Source: Octopus bimaculoides (Eukaryota). Taken from it: DNA of 34,142 nt. Shown piece after piece: positions 33,226 to 34,142 of the stretch. The stretch is taken from positions 33,604,546-33,638,687 of the forward strand of contig NC_068996.1 in the NCBI RefSeq assembly GCF_001194135.2, given 5' to 3'. The notes below the pieces were generated by a model. That model was not told the DNA's origin and did not search any database. It was given only the letters and a program-made list of their open reading frames with translations. Every line of letters begins with the position of its first letter. Position 1 is the stretch's first letter. A program made the position numbers and the translations under genes.

Positions 33226-33753
33226 CAGGTGGCATTCAGGCTAGCTCCTTTGGGGGACACTTTTGAGGCTTTCAGCCCCCCTATCAAGTCGCTTCGCAGC
33301 CCTCTACCCTTGTGTAATAAAACTTATTTCTGCAAATGTGCCAAACACTGATGCTAATCATAGTTTAATCAATAAGCGTAGGAGCAAGGTAAATGCAATA
33401 AAAATGGGGGTGGGGTCAGTGGAGTACCATTTCAGTGGCTCTTCAGAAATTGAACCTCCTTATGACACTCCCTGAGAGTTCATAGTATGAAATTGATTGT
33501 CACTGCTCTGATTTGGTTGCCAATGCCATGTATTTAACTTAAAATGCAGTAAAAATAGGAGTTCAGTGGGGCCCCAATTAGGCAGCCCTTAAAAAAACAG
33601 ACCCCATAAGACATTCCTTGGGATTAGGGCAGTTGCTGGTCTGAGTTTTGTTGTCCTTGCACCAACAGTCAAGGAGGAGTTAACGAACATAAAAATGTAA
33701 CAAACAGAGAAACATCACTCAAATTTATATTAAGATAGATATATAGATATATA

Positions 33754-34142
33754 GGCGTAGGAGTGGCTGTGTGGTGAGTAGCTTGCTTACGAACCACATG
33801 GTTCCAGGTTCAGTCCCACTGAGTGGCATTTTGGGCAAGTGTCTTCTTCTATAGCCTCAGGCCGATCAAAGCCTTGTGAGTAGATTTGGTAGACAGAAAC
33901 TGAAAGAAGCCCATCGTATATATATGTATGTGTGTGTGTGTGTGTGTGTGTGTCTGTGTTTGTCCCCGCAACATCGCTTGACAACCGATGCTGGTGTGTT
34001 TATGTCTCCGTAACTTAACGGTTCGGCAAAAGAGACTGATAGAATAAGTACTAGGCTTACAAAGAATAAGTCCTGGGGGTCGATTTGCTCAACTAAAGGT
34101 GGTGCTCCAGCATGACTGAAACAAGTAAAAGAGAGTAAAGAG
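33754..34142 (+). mobile_element. tRNA-derived SINE, near full length (head, microsatellite, tail)
   Basis: GGCGTAGGAGTGGCTGTGTGGTGAG..GGTTCCAGGTTCAGTCCC head; (TA)/(TG)n middle; GGTGGTGCTCCAGCATG..GAAACAAGTAAAAGAG tail. Resembles the tRNA-derived SINEs described from Octopus; exact family not determined. Confidence 0.9.

Noticed and set aside
33754-33830. tRNA gene (A-box/B-box-like motifs; also at 3640-3712 and 20803-20870)
   Set aside because: No complete cloverleaf; followed by SINE body and tail, in multiple diverged copies.

Overview
Gapped, AT-rich animal genomic DNA (six N-runs, many microsatellites) that is almost entirely transposon debris. The repeat inventory (tRNA-head SINEs with internal microsatellites, RTE and Dong/R4 LINEs, Penelope-like elements) points to a coleoid cephalopod, most likely Octopus; this is inference from family resemblance, not a database result. 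No intact host gene, rRNA, tRNA gene or CRISPR array is supported, and most long ORFs in the track are artefacts of N-runs or microsatellites. Main structures read from the sequence: (i) two inverted-repeat systems (137-724 and 28044-30104) carrying type I hammerhead ribozyme motifs next to Penelope-like elements, one pair showing a compensatory base change; (ii) a three-level nest, Dong/R4 LINE > internally deleted piggyBac > internally deleted Merlin (ISXO2-like) element with long modular TIRs and an 8-bp TSD; (iii) four Penelope-like fragments of apparently different lineages, one fused in frame to a DD37D maT transposase; (iv) Helitron, mariner, maT, RTE and a poorly classified CXC-type transposase relic; (v) three weak, phase-compatible candidate host exons on the + strand. 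All protein-family calls come from motif recognition by eye and need HMM or BLAST confirmation.
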